This document shows, one piece after another, positions 51,139-61,875 of a DNA stretch of 64,000 bases (positions within the stretch are counted from its first letter, which is position 1; every line of letters starts with the position of its first letter). The position numbers and the translations under genes were made by a program. The DNA is from a plasmid: the sequence record NZ_CP143948.1. The stretch is one strand, 5' to 3'. The notes below the pieces were generated by a model. That model ran no database searches, was not told the DNA's origin, and saw only the letters and a list, made by a program, of their open reading frames with translations.

Positions 51139-51337
51139 ATTATATTTATGTCATATTTTCACATATTTCTGATTTCTGCACCAGCTTGGTGCAGCTTATG
51201 AACCGACTCCATCTTGCGTATTATCTTGCGTATTTTCTTCCTCTATTATACGTATTTTATGTTGCTGGTCACACTGTTCGGTGTGAACAGTAACGATTTT
51301 ATATAAAAAGTGTAATCTGCAGATTCAAACCTCTTTT

Positions 51338-51460
51338 AAAAAATGCGATTTTGTGGTAAAATAGCAAAAAAGAAAATGCGATTTTGTGGTAAATCGTTGA
51401 AATAAAAAATGCGATTTTGTAGTAAAACATCAAAATAAAAAATGCGATTTTGTAATTTTA
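51338..51460 (+). repeat. Four phased direct repeats (~21 bp, period 33-34 bp) upstream of the DUF4143 ATPase gene
   Basis: AAAATGCGATTTTGT(G/A)GTAAA, with the atgcgatttt cores at 51343, 51377, 51410 and 51443. The last copy abuts the RBS (aggaga) of the gene at 51474. Confidence 0.8.
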
Positions 51461-51473
51461 TTAGGAGAATATC

Positions 51474-52802
51474 ATGTTTAAGCGAAAAATATATGATAAA
51501 TTATTGCAATGGAAAAAGGATTCCGATGGTAAAACAGCACTCTTAATCGAAGGAGCCCGTCGTATAGGCAAGTCAACCATCGTAGAGTCATTTGGACGAA
51601 ATGAATACAAAAGTTATATAATCATTGATTTCTCAATCGTCTCAAAAAATATACGTGAACTGTTTGAGGATATTTCAGATCTGAATTATCTGTTTTTGCA
51701 GTTGCAGCTCCAATACAAAGTCGATCTCTATGAGAGAGAGTCTTTGATTATTTTTGACGAAGTACAATTATGCCCCCGCGCAAGACAGGCTATCAAATCA
51801 CTTGTAAAAGATCACCGATATGATTATATAGAAACCGGTTCTCTGATTTCTATCAAAAAAAACGTACAGGATATACTTATTCCAAGCGAAGAGAGAAAGC
51901 TAAACATGTATCCTATGGATTATGAAGAATTTTTATGGGCTTTGAATGATGAAACAACTATCCCCCTAATCCATAAGCTATTCGATTCTCAAAAACCCTT
52001 CGGAGAAGAGATTAATCGTAAATTGATGCGTGATTTCCGTCTTTATATGCTTGTCGGGGGAATGCCGCAGGCAGTTGATGAATATATCAAAACCAATAAC
52101 TTCCGTAAGGTTGATGACGTGAAGCGTGATATTCTGAATCTTTATGAAGATGATTTCAAAAAAATAGATGCCACTGGAAAAATATCTATGCTTTTTGATG
52201 CAATTCCTGCGCAGCTAAACAAAAATGCTTCGCGATATCAGGTATCAAGCGTACTGACAAACAATCGCGCCGATAATACACTGGAACTGATTGCAGAGTT
52301 AAAAGACTCAAAAACTGTTTTGGTATCATACCATGCAAATGACCCAAGTGCCGGTATGTCAACCAACAAAGACTTAACCCGGTTTAAACTATTTTTATGC
52401 GATACCGGGCTGTTTACTACATTGATGTTTAAAGACAAAGATTTCACAGAAAACATAATTTATGAAAAATTGTTAAATGACAAGCTAGGAACTAATCTAG
52501 GCTATCTTTACGAAAATGTAGTTGCACAGCTTTTAACGTGTAATGGCAACGAATTATTTTACTATACTTTTTTTAATGAAAGTTCGCGCCATAATTACGA
52601 AATAGATTTTCTTATTGCCAAAAAAAATAAGGTTTGCCCAATTGAAGTAAAATCCAGTGGCTATAAAACCCATAAGTCCCTGGATGAATTTTCAATAAAT
52701 TTTTCAAACCGTATTCTTCAAAAATATCTCGTATATACAAAGGATTTCTCAAAAGACAAAGACATACTCTGTCTGCCTGCTTATATGATTTCGTTTTTGT
52801 AA
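51474..52802 (+). CDS. AAA-family ATPase with DUF4143 (AAA_14/DUF4143 family); AT-rich
   Basis: The N-terminus LLIEGARRIGKSTIV is a P-loop; family length and architecture fit. Confidence 0.75.
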   Translation: MFKRKIYDKLLQWKKDSDGKTALLIEGARRIGKSTIVESFGRNEYKSYIIIDFSIVSKNIRELFEDISDLNYLFLQLQLQYKVDLYERESLIIFDEVQLCPRARQAIKSLVKDHRYDYIETGSLISIKKNVQDILIPSEERKLNMYPMDYEEFLWALNDETTIPLIHKLFDSQKPFGEEINRKLMRDFRLYMLVGGMPQAVDEYIKTNNFRKVDDVKRDILNLYEDDFKKIDATGKISMLFDAIPAQLNKNASRYQVSSVLTNNRADNTLELIAELKDSKTVLVSYHANDPSAGMSTNKDLTRFKLFLCDTGLFTTLMFKDKDFTENIIYEKLLNDKLGTNLGYLYENVVAQLLTCNGNELFYYTFFNESSRHNYEIDFLIAKKNKVCPIEVKSSGYKTHKSLDEFSINFSNRILQKYLVYTKDFSKDKDILCLPAYMISFL

Positions 52803-52858
52803 GAAGAATACTTTTTAAATATGATTTTAATACACACACTTATATGGAGGATTAAGAC

Positions 52859-53614
52859 ATGAAATTTATATCGTGGAATGTAAATGGACTGCGCGCATGC
52901 GTCCAGAAGGGCTTCCTTGATTTTTTTAACAGTATAGATGCGGATTTCTTTTGTATACAGGAGTCCAAGCTACAGGCGGGACAGATTGATCTTGACCTGC
53001 CCTGCTATCACCAGTACTGGAATTATGCCGAGAAAAAAGGCTATTCCGGCACAGCCATTTTCGCCAAAAATGAGCCATTATCTGTGTCTTACGGCATAGG
53101 CATTGAGGAGCATGATAAGGAAGGACGTGTCATCACACTCGAATATGACAATTTCTATCTCGTAACCTGCTATACTCCAAACTCACAGAATGAGCTGAAA
53201 AGGCTGCCGTACCGTATGCAGTGGGAGGATGATTTCCGTGAATACCTTAAGACTCTCGATGCCCAAAAACCTGTCGTACTGTGCGGTGATCTGAATGTTG
53301 CACACAATGAGATTGACCTGAAAAATCCAAAAACAAACCGCAAGAATGCAGGTTTTTCAGATGAGGAACGTGCTAAAATGACGGAGCTTTTAGGTTCCGG
53401 CTTTACCGATACCTTCAGATATTTTTATCCGGATGCCGAGGGTATATATTCCTGGTGGTCATACCGTTTTAAGGCTCGCGAGAAGAACGCAGGCTGGCGT
53501 ATCGACTACTTTATCACATCAAAGCGCATCAACGATAAGCTGCAAAAGGCAGCGATCCATACCGATGTGCTCGGTTCAGACCACTGCCCTGTAGAGGTTG
53601 ATATTGAATTTTAA
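52859..53614 (+). CDS. xth: Exodeoxyribonuclease III
   Basis: MKFISWNVNGLRA...ADFFCIQESK; 251 aa. Confidence 0.9.
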   Translation: MKFISWNVNGLRACVQKGFLDFFNSIDADFFCIQESKLQAGQIDLDLPCYHQYWNYAEKKGYSGTAIFAKNEPLSVSYGIGIEEHDKEGRVITLEYDNFYLVTCYTPNSQNELKRLPYRMQWEDDFREYLKTLDAQKPVVLCGDLNVAHNEIDLKNPKTNRKNAGFSDEERAKMTELLGSGFTDTFRYFYPDAEGIYSWWSYRFKAREKNAGWRIDYFITSKRINDKLQKAAIHTDVLGSDHCPVEVDIEF

Positions 53615-53632
53615 ATTTAAGGTTATGTATTT

Positions 53633-55879
53633 TTACAATCCCTTATGCAGCACCTTCTTCTCGAGCTTATCCCCATCCAGGGTATACTCAACAGCATTAT
53701 ACGCACCATCTCTGTATGCAAACGTCTCATTGTCATCCTGATAATGCACGAAGCTGCCCTTGCCCGGATATGTCAGTATACTGATCTTATCCTCTGTAAT
53801 GTCCTCTGTAGAGCGGATTTCTCCGTCTGCAACAGGGATAATGGCTCCTGCTTTTATGAAGACAGGTACTTTATCAAGTGGTGCATCTGCTAAAATATAT
53901 CTGCCGCCACTGTATTTTTCGCCTGTGTAGTAATCATACCAGTCGCCGTCAGGCAGATAAACCTCTCTTGCCTCCTTGCCCGGTGCGATCACAGGTGCAA
54001 CCAGTACAAAGCTTCCGAGCATATATTCATCGGAAATATTTCTCACATGCTTATCTGCAGGATATTCGTATACGAGCGGGCGCACGATAGGTGCTCCTGT
54101 CTTTTCACACTCATGTGCCAGATCATATATATATGGGATAAATCTGTATCTGAGCTTTACTGTCTTTCTGACTGCATCTATCGTAGTCTCATCAAACTGC
54201 CAAGGCTCCTGTCTGCGTGTTCCCATCGCTGAATGATTTCTGAAAAACGGCACAAATACTGCTGCCTCATAAAATCTGACAAGAAGCTCCGGTGTAGTAT
54301 CACTTCCGAAACCGCCTATATCGCTGCCGCACATGGCAAGTCCGCTGACTGACAGATTGCACACCTGCTCGAGTGAAAGTGCTATATGCGCCCAGATGCT
54401 GTGATTGTCTCCGGTCCAGCCACCGCAGTATTTCTGGCTTCCGGCATACGCAGCCCTGGTAAGTACAAACGGACGTTTTCCACCATCATTTTTCGCAAGT
54501 CCCTCATATGTGGCTTTTGCCATAAAATGTCCGTAAATATTGTGAACCTTTTCATGTGCTCCATACTCAAACTGCACATCATCCGGCAGTGGTCCGTTGA
54601 AGCTTGCAGGCTCATTCATATCATTCCATATGCCACTGATACCGTGCTCGAGAAGTATCTTTGTCTTGTCTCCCCACCAGCTTCTGACGCTTTGCTTTGT
54701 GAAGTCCGGAAATACCGATGTTCCCGGCCAGACAGCATTTTCATATACACTGCCATCTGTATCATGTGCAAATGCATCCATCTCCATGCCCTCTTTGTAC
54801 ATGAAATAGTCCTCATCCTTTTTCACACCCGGGTCAATGATGGATATGAGCTTTACACCCCTGTCAGCAAGCTTCTCTGAAAGACCCTTTACATCCGGGA
54901 ATTTCTTGTCATCAAAGGTGAATACCCTGTAGCCATTCATGTAATCGATATCCATATGTATCACATCGCATGGGATATCAAGCTCGCGGAATTTGTCAGC
55001 TATATCAAGCACCTCATCCTGCGTGTAATAGCCCCAGCGGCTCTGATGGCTGCCGTATATCCATCTCTGATAAAGCGGTGTGGTGCCTGTCAGTGATGTA
55101 TAAAGTCCTACCACCTCTGCCATATCATTTCCCGGCATAAAATAGTAGTCCAGCTCGCCCTTCTCATGCTCGACGAAATAGTAATCTGTGTTTTCATAAC
55201 CGAAATCAAAGGTTGTCTTGTAGGTATTATCCGCAAAAATTCCATAACAATATTCATCGCCCAACACGATAAAAAACGGTATGGATTTGTACAGCGATTT
55301 GAAGCTGTCCACATGTGGCGCAGGATCATCTGTGTTCCAGTTTACATATGAATATCCACGCTTGTTGAGGCATCCCGGCTTATCTCCCAGACCGTAAATA
55401 GCATCATCCTTTCCAAGCTTTTTGATGATGGTAACAGCGTCAGTTTTTTCTTCATCTTTTCCGACAGTATGTCCCTCAAGCTCTGCGATGGCAAGATCCT
55501 CGTACGGATTCTTCTCACTCTTTTTGCGTGCTTTTTCATAATCTGAAAGCACAAGCTTCCCTTTGTAATAAATATCAAGCTTCTCGTTATCCTTTACATT
55601 TACAGTAATATCCCTTGCACTTATGACTGCTTTAACCGCTGCATCGCTTACACCGGCTTCTGCTGCGGTACTCTTGGCATCAGACGTATCCTTGCATGTT
55701 ACGTCCGGTGTGGCAGCCTTCGGAATAAAGCCCTCTTCTATTGCAACACTTTCGATGCCGGGTTTTTGTGCAACATGCACTATGTTGTTTTCAAATATGG
55801 TAACAAACAGACTGCCTTTCTCGTAGATCAGCTCTGCTGTGTTGTCCTGTATTTTACAGTTCTTATATAAATTTCCCAT
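53633..55879 (-). CDS. GH31 alpha-glucosidase
   Basis: Nucleophile motif GIWNDMNEP and acid/base region GGWTGDNHSIW. Confidence 0.85.
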   Translation of the reverse strand: MGNLYKNCKIQDNTAELIYEKGSLFVTIFENNIVHVAQKPGIESVAIEEGFIPKAATPDVTCKDTSDAKSTAAEAGVSDAAVKAVISARDITVNVKDNEKLDIYYKGKLVLSDYEKARKKSEKNPYEDLAIAELEGHTVGKDEEKTDAVTIIKKLGKDDAIYGLGDKPGCLNKRGYSYVNWNTDDPAPHVDSFKSLYKSIPFFIVLGDEYCYGIFADNTYKTTFDFGYENTDYYFVEHEKGELDYYFMPGNDMAEVVGLYTSLTGTTPLYQRWIYGSHQSRWGYYTQDEVLDIADKFRELDIPCDVIHMDIDYMNGYRVFTFDDKKFPDVKGLSEKLADRGVKLISIIDPGVKKDEDYFMYKEGMEMDAFAHDTDGSVYENAVWPGTSVFPDFTKQSVRSWWGDKTKILLEHGISGIWNDMNEPASFNGPLPDDVQFEYGAHEKVHNIYGHFMAKATYEGLAKNDGGKRPFVLTRAAYAGSQKYCGGWTGDNHSIWAHIALSLEQVCNLSVSGLAMCGSDIGGFGSDTTPELLVRFYEAAVFVPFFRNHSAMGTRRQEPWQFDETTIDAVRKTVKLRYRFIPYIYDLAHECEKTGAPIVRPLVYEYPADKHVRNISDEYMLGSFVLVAPVIAPGKEAREVYLPDGDWYDYYTGEKYSGGRYILADAPLDKVPVFIKAGAIIPVADGEIRSTEDITEDKISILTYPGKGSFVHYQDDNETFAYRDGAYNAVEYTLDGDKLEKKVLHKGL

Positions 55880-56020
55880 TGCATAATCCTCCCTTGAATT
55901 ATATAGTTTCTCCTGATGTTTCTTATAAAAATACTTCCGTTTACTATAATAGTATCATCCATTTTTAATTTTTACAACAAAGAAAGTCACCGGTCACACC
56001 TAGTATGACCGGTGACTGCC

Positions 56021-58414
56021 TCAGGCTGTAAGTATCTCTGTCAATACACCATACAGCTCTGTATCAAGCTCCTTTGCCTTGAGCTCTGATAAAATCACTG
56101 TTGTTTTCTTTCCCGATGTAATAAGACCGTAGATTTCATCCTTTAGCACAAAGCCTATCTCTGCCTGATTCAGGAAATCAAAGCATCTTTTTTCGATTTG
56201 ATTATCAAGCGCTACTGTGTCTTTCGATATTGCAACGCTTATTTTGCTCGCTGTCGATGCATTTACAGTAACGATGAGCTTTCTGTTTTCTTTATCATAT
56301 TTACTCTTTGCCAATACCTCTTTACCATCCACAGATACCTTTACCTTATCGGCTGCTGCCTCGGTTCTTCTTTCAAAGACAAGCTTACAGGTTCTGTTGT
56401 CAGGTATTAATGATGTATCTCCATCTGCCGGAGAAATGACAAACATATCTTTATCCGCAGAATATTTCATAGCTGTGGTCACACATCTGCCATCCACATA
56501 TCCGCAGGATTCATTGTCATCCTCGTATAGCTCAAACTCACCATCAGCCTCCGGGAATACCCTGACACATAATACATCAGGATTTTTGATAACAGATCTT
56601 GCATCAAGCTCATCAGCATCTGCACACACAAGTATGCCTCCCGCCTTCGCAAACACCGGTATGCTGCTCAAATCCCTGTAAACCTCCAGCATTCTTCCAC
56701 CATCATAGCGCATGCCTGTATAGATATCATACCAGATGCCCTCCGGGAACCATACTTTGGTTCTTGCCACATTAAGTCCCTTAATACGTGGAGTTGTAAC
56801 AGGTGCTACCATAAGCTGGCTGCCAAAGAAATACTGATTCTTTACCTCATAAGCCTCTGCATTTTCAGGATACTCATAATACATAGGCTCAATCAGCGGC
56901 ATATTCTCGGCATAGCTGCGATAGTTCATAGTATACAGATACGGAATCATACAATGCCTCTGTCTGAGCGCTGCCTCCATCGCTTCCTCAGTCTCTTTTT
57001 TAAATCGCCACGGCTCCTTGCCGTTAAATTCGCTGCATGAGCTGTGCAGACGCATTATCGGAGAGAATATACCATATTGTGTCCATCTGGCTGTCAGCTC
57101 ATCATCCTTGTAGCCAAGCATATGTCCGCCAATATCATGGCTCCACCATCCATATCCGATGTTTGTCGCTGTCGTTGTAAAATACGGTTGAAAATCAAGC
57201 GACTCCCATGTAATATGTGTATCTCCCGAAAATCCAATCGGATATCTATGGCTTCCCGGACCTGCATAGCGCGAAAATGTCATTGGACGCCTGCCGTCTC
57301 TTTTATTATCGAGATAATGAAAATGATTAAAAATCCATAGCGGATCCAATCCTTCAACCTTGCAGTTACTGCCCTGCTGCCAGTCAATCCACCAGAAATC
57401 CACACCTTCAGCCTCTCTCGGATGGTGAAGATACTTAAAATATGCATCCATAAACTTTGGGCTTGCCGGATCACATACAACCGGGTCCTCATTTTCATAG
57501 TCCACGCCCATTTCCTTTGCCATATCAACATACATTTCTTCACAGCCCTGCACACCATCCGCAGGGTGTACGTTCAGGGTAGTATGCATTCCTCTGTCAT
57601 GGAGCTTTCCAAGAAAGCGCTTCGGATCCGGGAAAAGCTTTTTGTTCCAAGTATATCCTGTCCATCCGCTTCCGTATTTAGGGTCCACATCAACCTGATG
57701 CCAGTCCATATCTATTACAGCTACCGTGAATGGGATATTCTTTTCATCGAATTTGTCCATCAGCTCCATATAGCTTTCTTCTGAGTATTTATAATATCTG
57801 CTCCACCAGTTTCCCAGTGCATATCGCGGAAGCATCGGAGTCTTGCCGCAAAGCCTGTAAAAATCATTGAGCGCCTGTTTATAATCATGTCCATATCCAA
57901 AGAAATACAAATCAGACACACCTTTTTTTCTTGGCTCAATCCATCCATCGTCAAGTAAAATCTGTGATTTACTGTCATCAAGAATTGAATATCCAAAGCG
58001 TGAAACAACACCGTGTCCAAGCTCAACCTCTCCGTTTACGTCATCAAGTGTACGCGCTGTACCCTGCAAATCATGCACCTTCTCGCCATAATGCCAGATG
58101 CTGTGATATGCGCTCAGGTTTCCCTTAATCTGTATACTCAGTCCGTGTGATGAGAACTCCTTCTCATTATATATCAGGTGCAGCATTGATGTATGAACCT
58201 CAATTCCATCAGCGTTACGCACCACATGATAGCCGGTCTTTGGAAAATCCCTGAACAATACTGTCTGTGTTGCCCTATCCTCGAATACGCCATCTTCACT
58301 GTATTCCAAACGGACAAGGGCTTCTGTCAGAACTGTAATCCTGTATTTTTCACCTATTATCATATTGTCCGATAATGCCACCGGACTTGTCTTTACTCTG
58401 TATATTTCCTGCAT
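56021..58414 (-). CDS. GH31-family glycoside hydrolase (alpha-xylosidase/alpha-glucosidase-like, 797 aa)
   Basis: DFWWIDWQQG and GFSGDTHITWESL correspond to the two GH31 catalytic regions. Confidence 0.7.
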   Translation of the reverse strand: MQEIYRVKTSPVALSDNMIIGEKYRITVLTEALVRLEYSEDGVFEDRATQTVLFRDFPKTGYHVVRNADGIEVHTSMLHLIYNEKEFSSHGLSIQIKGNLSAYHSIWHYGEKVHDLQGTARTLDDVNGEVELGHGVVSRFGYSILDDSKSQILLDDGWIEPRKKGVSDLYFFGYGHDYKQALNDFYRLCGKTPMLPRYALGNWWSRYYKYSEESYMELMDKFDEKNIPFTVAVIDMDWHQVDVDPKYGSGWTGYTWNKKLFPDPKRFLGKLHDRGMHTTLNVHPADGVQGCEEMYVDMAKEMGVDYENEDPVVCDPASPKFMDAYFKYLHHPREAEGVDFWWIDWQQGSNCKVEGLDPLWIFNHFHYLDNKRDGRRPMTFSRYAGPGSHRYPIGFSGDTHITWESLDFQPYFTTTATNIGYGWWSHDIGGHMLGYKDDELTARWTQYGIFSPIMRLHSSCSEFNGKEPWRFKKETEEAMEAALRQRHCMIPYLYTMNYRSYAENMPLIEPMYYEYPENAEAYEVKNQYFFGSQLMVAPVTTPRIKGLNVARTKVWFPEGIWYDIYTGMRYDGGRMLEVYRDLSSIPVFAKAGGILVCADADELDARSVIKNPDVLCVRVFPEADGEFELYEDDNESCGYVDGRCVTTAMKYSADKDMFVISPADGDTSLIPDNRTCKLVFERRTEAAADKVKVSVDGKEVLAKSKYDKENRKLIVTVNASTASKISVAISKDTVALDNQIEKRCFDFLNQAEIGFVLKDEIYGLITSGKKTTVILSELKAKELDTELYGVLTEILTA

Positions 58415-58441
58415 GAAATACTCCCTCTCATATAAATTACG

Positions 58442-59263
58442 CTATCCCTTGACAGCCGATGCCGCAATTCCTGCGATAAACTGCTTCTGGAAGAACAGAT
58501 ATATCAGTAAAACCGGTATGATAGATATTGCCGTTGCCGCAAAAAGTGCGCCATAATCTGTTGAATACTGTCCGTTAAACATCTTAAGACCAACTGCCAA
58601 TAGCTGCTTTTCCTTGGTATTGATTACAAGATAAGGCCACAGATAGTCTTCCCATGTCCACAGGAACTGAAAAATGGCTATACTTGAAATTCCGTTTTTT
58701 GCCATCGGAAATATAATCCTGTGAAAGATATAAAACTCATTAGCGCCATCCATTCTGGCAGCTTCAATAATCTCATCAGGAATGGTCTCAATGTGCTGCT
58801 TCATCATAAATATTCCAAATCCGCTGAACATAGCCGGAATAATAAGTGCCTTATAGCTGTCCATCCATCCGAATTTCTGAATCATAGTGTATTTTGGAAT
58901 AATTGTTACACACCATGGAATCATCATAGTAGCCAATACAAAGCCAAATAGGATATTTCTGCCCTTAAACTTATATTTGCTTAATACAAAACCACAGATT
59001 GTACTGGTGTATACCACAAGCAGGGTTACAACAATCGTGATAAACAAACTGTTTCCAAAAAACCTCATGAAATTGAAATGCGAATTCATGCTGATGTAAT
59101 TGTCTATTGTAAACTCTTGTGGAAGCAGATGTTGCTGCAACGCCATTATTTCCTTATTCTGCTTAAATGATGAGCATAGCATCCATATAAACGGATAAAC
59201 TGTAACAATGCCCAATAATAGAAGGAATACATTTAAAACTATACTGCTTACTTTTTTTCTCAT
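58442..59263 (-). CDS. Carbohydrate ABC transporter permease
   Basis: EAARMDGANEFYIFHRIIFPMAKN. Confidence 0.85.
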   Translation of the reverse strand: MRKKVSSIVLNVFLLLLGIVTVYPFIWMLCSSFKQNKEIMALQQHLLPQEFTIDNYISMNSHFNFMRFFGNSLFITIVVTLLVVYTSTICGFVLSKYKFKGRNILFGFVLATMMIPWCVTIIPKYTMIQKFGWMDSYKALIIPAMFSGFGIFMMKQHIETIPDEIIEAARMDGANEFYIFHRIIFPMAKNGISSIAIFQFLWTWEDYLWPYLVINTKEKQLLAVGLKMFNGQYSTDYGALFAATAISIIPVLLIYLFFQKQFIAGIAASAVKG

Positions 59264-59275
59264 GATATTCTCCTC

Positions 59276-60154
59276 CTACTCTTCCTTGCCCGATACTTTG
59301 AAAGAAAGCACGGTAAGCACTGCGGTAATCACAAAAAGCACAAATGAAAGTGCTGATGCATATCCAAAGTTGTATTTGACAAAGGCCTCATCGTAAATAA
59401 TGTAAGAAGCCAGATATGTTGATGTTCCCGGTCCACCCTCTGTCATGATGAGTATCTGAACATATGCCTGGATATACGAAATAATTGATGTAATGACTAC
59501 AAAAAGTGTCATAGGCTTAAGCAACGGCAATGTAATGTATCTGAATTTCTGCCAGCCACTCGCTCCGTCAACCTGTGCTGCCTCCATGACATCTGCCGGA
59601 AGTGAGTACAGGCCTGCCATATACATGACAACCGCATATCCAAAATCCTTCCAGATGGTCATTATCATTACTGCAATCAGAGCAGTTTTGGGATTCATCA
59701 GCCAGTTGATATCGAGCCCGAATATTTTGTTGATGGTTCCGATCTGTGGATTGTACATGAACTTCCATACAAATGCCACTGCAACCATAGGCGTTACTAC
59801 AGGCATATAGTAAACTGCCCTGAAAAAACTCTTATGCTTTATAAGCGTTGAATAAATAGCATACGCGATTCCCAGTCCCAGACCAACTCTGAAAACAATT
59901 ACAACTACCGAAAAAATTACGGTATTGAACATTGATTTACCGAACAATTTGCTCGTGAACACCTGCTTATAATTTTCCAGACCTAAATACTTGTATGTTC
60001 CGCTTAACGGGTTCCACTCATGAAAGCTTCCTGCAAATGCTATACCGATTGGTATTATCAAAAATATTGTAAAGAAAGCTACCATAGCTACAACAACTAT
60101 GTTTCTTAAAATTATTTCACTCTTACTTTGTAATGGATGTGATTTTTTAAACAT
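59276..60154 (-). CDS. Carbohydrate ABC transporter permease
   Basis: EAAQVDGASGWQKFRYITLPLLKP. Confidence 0.85.
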   Translation of the reverse strand: MFKKSHPLQSKSEIILRNIVVVAMVAFFTIFLIIPIGIAFAGSFHEWNPLSGTYKYLGLENYKQVFTSKLFGKSMFNTVIFSVVVIVFRVGLGLGIAYAIYSTLIKHKSFFRAVYYMPVVTPMVAVAFVWKFMYNPQIGTINKIFGLDINWLMNPKTALIAVMIMTIWKDFGYAVVMYMAGLYSLPADVMEAAQVDGASGWQKFRYITLPLLKPMTLFVVITSIISYIQAYVQILIMTEGGPGTSTYLASYIIYDEAFVKYNFGYASALSFVLFVITAVLTVLSFKVSGKEE

Positions 60155-60184
60155 TAATAATCCTCCGTAGTGAATCTCTACATG

Positions 60185-61558
60185 TTATTTTGCAAACTCA
60201 TATAGATTCTCGACTGATTGGAATGAACTGCTCTTCATATCCTTTATAATATCAGCCTGTGCCTTGTCTAAAGCCGTATCAATATCTACTCCATTGTAGA
60301 ATATATCCTCTCCGGCCTTTTTCATATCCTCCTCAACACATGAAGGCATCGGACCCGGCCAGATGTAGTGGTCAATGTGCTCTGCAAGTACCTTAAGCGA
60401 TGGGTTTTTAAGTATTTCCTCATTGTCTGCAAGGGATTTCTTTGCAGGGAAGGTACTCATAGCAAGATTGAAATCTACCTGAGACTCATCATCGCAGAGG
60501 AAAAACTTTACAAAATCCTGTGCAACTGCCTGCTGATCCTTTGGTGCTTTTTTGTTTACACCGAATGTTGACTCACCGTTATATCTATTGTATGCATATG
60601 GATTTCCGTCAAATGTAGGAATTTCAAATACGCCAAAATCTATATCGCTCCATGTGGTCTTAAGTGTATTGTAATAATGTCCCCACTGAATAACCATTGC
60701 CGACTGTCCCTGTCCAAAGCTGTCTGCGCAGTTCTCGCCAAAATCCTTTGAACCAATCTGATCCTTGTCGTACATATCAACAAGCATCTGCATTACCTTC
60801 TTCATGGCATCTGAATTGACATTAGGTGTCTTTCCATCCTCCTTAAAGAGGTTCTCACCAAGCTGATAATTAAGACCAAGCAGGTAATTCTGGTGGAAAT
60901 CATTATTGAAATTGAGTCCGGCCTGGACTATCTTGTCTCCGTCCTTGATGGTAAGCTTCTTTGCCACCTCAATCATTTCATCCCAGGTCTTTGGAATATC
61001 ATCATCTGTTAGTCCGGCTTCCTTCCACATCTCCTTGTTGTAATAAACAGAGCCTGTCATCATTCCGTAATCAATGTAATAAACCTTACCATCAATCACA
61101 TGAGCGCTCACTCCATTGAAGTCCTGCTCCAAATCCTCAACAGGAATATCAAGCGGAGCCATATAGTTGATAAGATTCTCATGATAGCTGTTATGTACAT
61201 CGAAGAGTGCCGGTCCGTCCTCACCATCGAGTGCCAGAGGAAGCTTTGTCCAGTAATCTTCCCATGGATTATCCACCAGGTTTATAGTTACATTAGGATG
61301 AATAGCTGTGTATCTGTCAATAACCTTCTGAAATAATTCATCGCTTCCCCACTCCCACAGGTCAATTGAGATATCCTTTCCATCATTAATCTCAACCGAA
61401 GGGTCATACTTCACCGTATCGCCAAATGGCTTTGTTGGTACCTTTATGTCCTTTTTAGCTGATGAAGCCGATGAGCTGCCACAGCCTGTAAGCGCTGTCA
61501 CTGCCATTGTAGCTGCCATAACTGTTGCAATAAGTTTCTTCTTCATAGAAATCCTCAC
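60185..61558 (-). CDS. ABC transporter sugar-binding lipoprotein
   Basis: Lipobox ALTGCGSS; family-1 SBP, 457 aa. Confidence 0.85.
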   Translation of the reverse strand: MRISMKKKLIATVMAATMAVTALTGCGSSSASSAKKDIKVPTKPFGDTVKYDPSVEINDGKDISIDLWEWGSDELFQKVIDRYTAIHPNVTINLVDNPWEDYWTKLPLALDGEDGPALFDVHNSYHENLINYMAPLDIPVEDLEQDFNGVSAHVIDGKVYYIDYGMMTGSVYYNKEMWKEAGLTDDDIPKTWDEMIEVAKKLTIKDGDKIVQAGLNFNNDFHQNYLLGLNYQLGENLFKEDGKTPNVNSDAMKKVMQMLVDMYDKDQIGSKDFGENCADSFGQGQSAMVIQWGHYYNTLKTTWSDIDFGVFEIPTFDGNPYAYNRYNGESTFGVNKKAPKDQQAVAQDFVKFFLCDDESQVDFNLAMSTFPAKKSLADNEEILKNPSLKVLAEHIDHYIWPGPMPSCVEEDMKKAGEDIFYNGVDIDTALDKAQADIIKDMKSSSFQSVENLYEFAK

Positions 61559-61809
61559 TTTCTTAATTCAATATCCTCTTTTTCGTTCAAATTAGTTTAG
61601 CGCTAAATCTAACTATAATCTACCACCACCTTATACATTCGTCAATAGTTTTTTGTTTTTTTATCACTTTTCATATTATTTTCATATGTTTTTTGTGCAT
61701 TTTTACATGTAAATTAGGGTTTTGTCTAAATATTTGCAAAAACCGATTGCTATTTGCAAAATAAAAATGTATACTTAAGATAATTTATAAACCCATATTT
61801 TGAATCATA

Positions 61810-61875
61810 TTCGGTTTATGTATAAACTCATCATTGTTTATGTTCAAACATATTGTGGTTTATGTATAAACTTTA
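61810..61875 (+). promoter_or_regulatory. Candidate LacI-type operator palindromes in the divergent promoter region
   Basis: GGTTTATGTATAAACT occurs twice (61813-61828 and 61858-61873) with TGTTTATGTTCAAACA between them; each is a near-palindrome. Confidence 0.35.

Noticed and set aside
51338-51460. CRISPR array
   Set aside because: The repeats are only ~21 bp with ~12-bp A/T-rich spacers, there are four imperfect copies, and no cas genes are nearby. An operator or iteron array is the better explanation.
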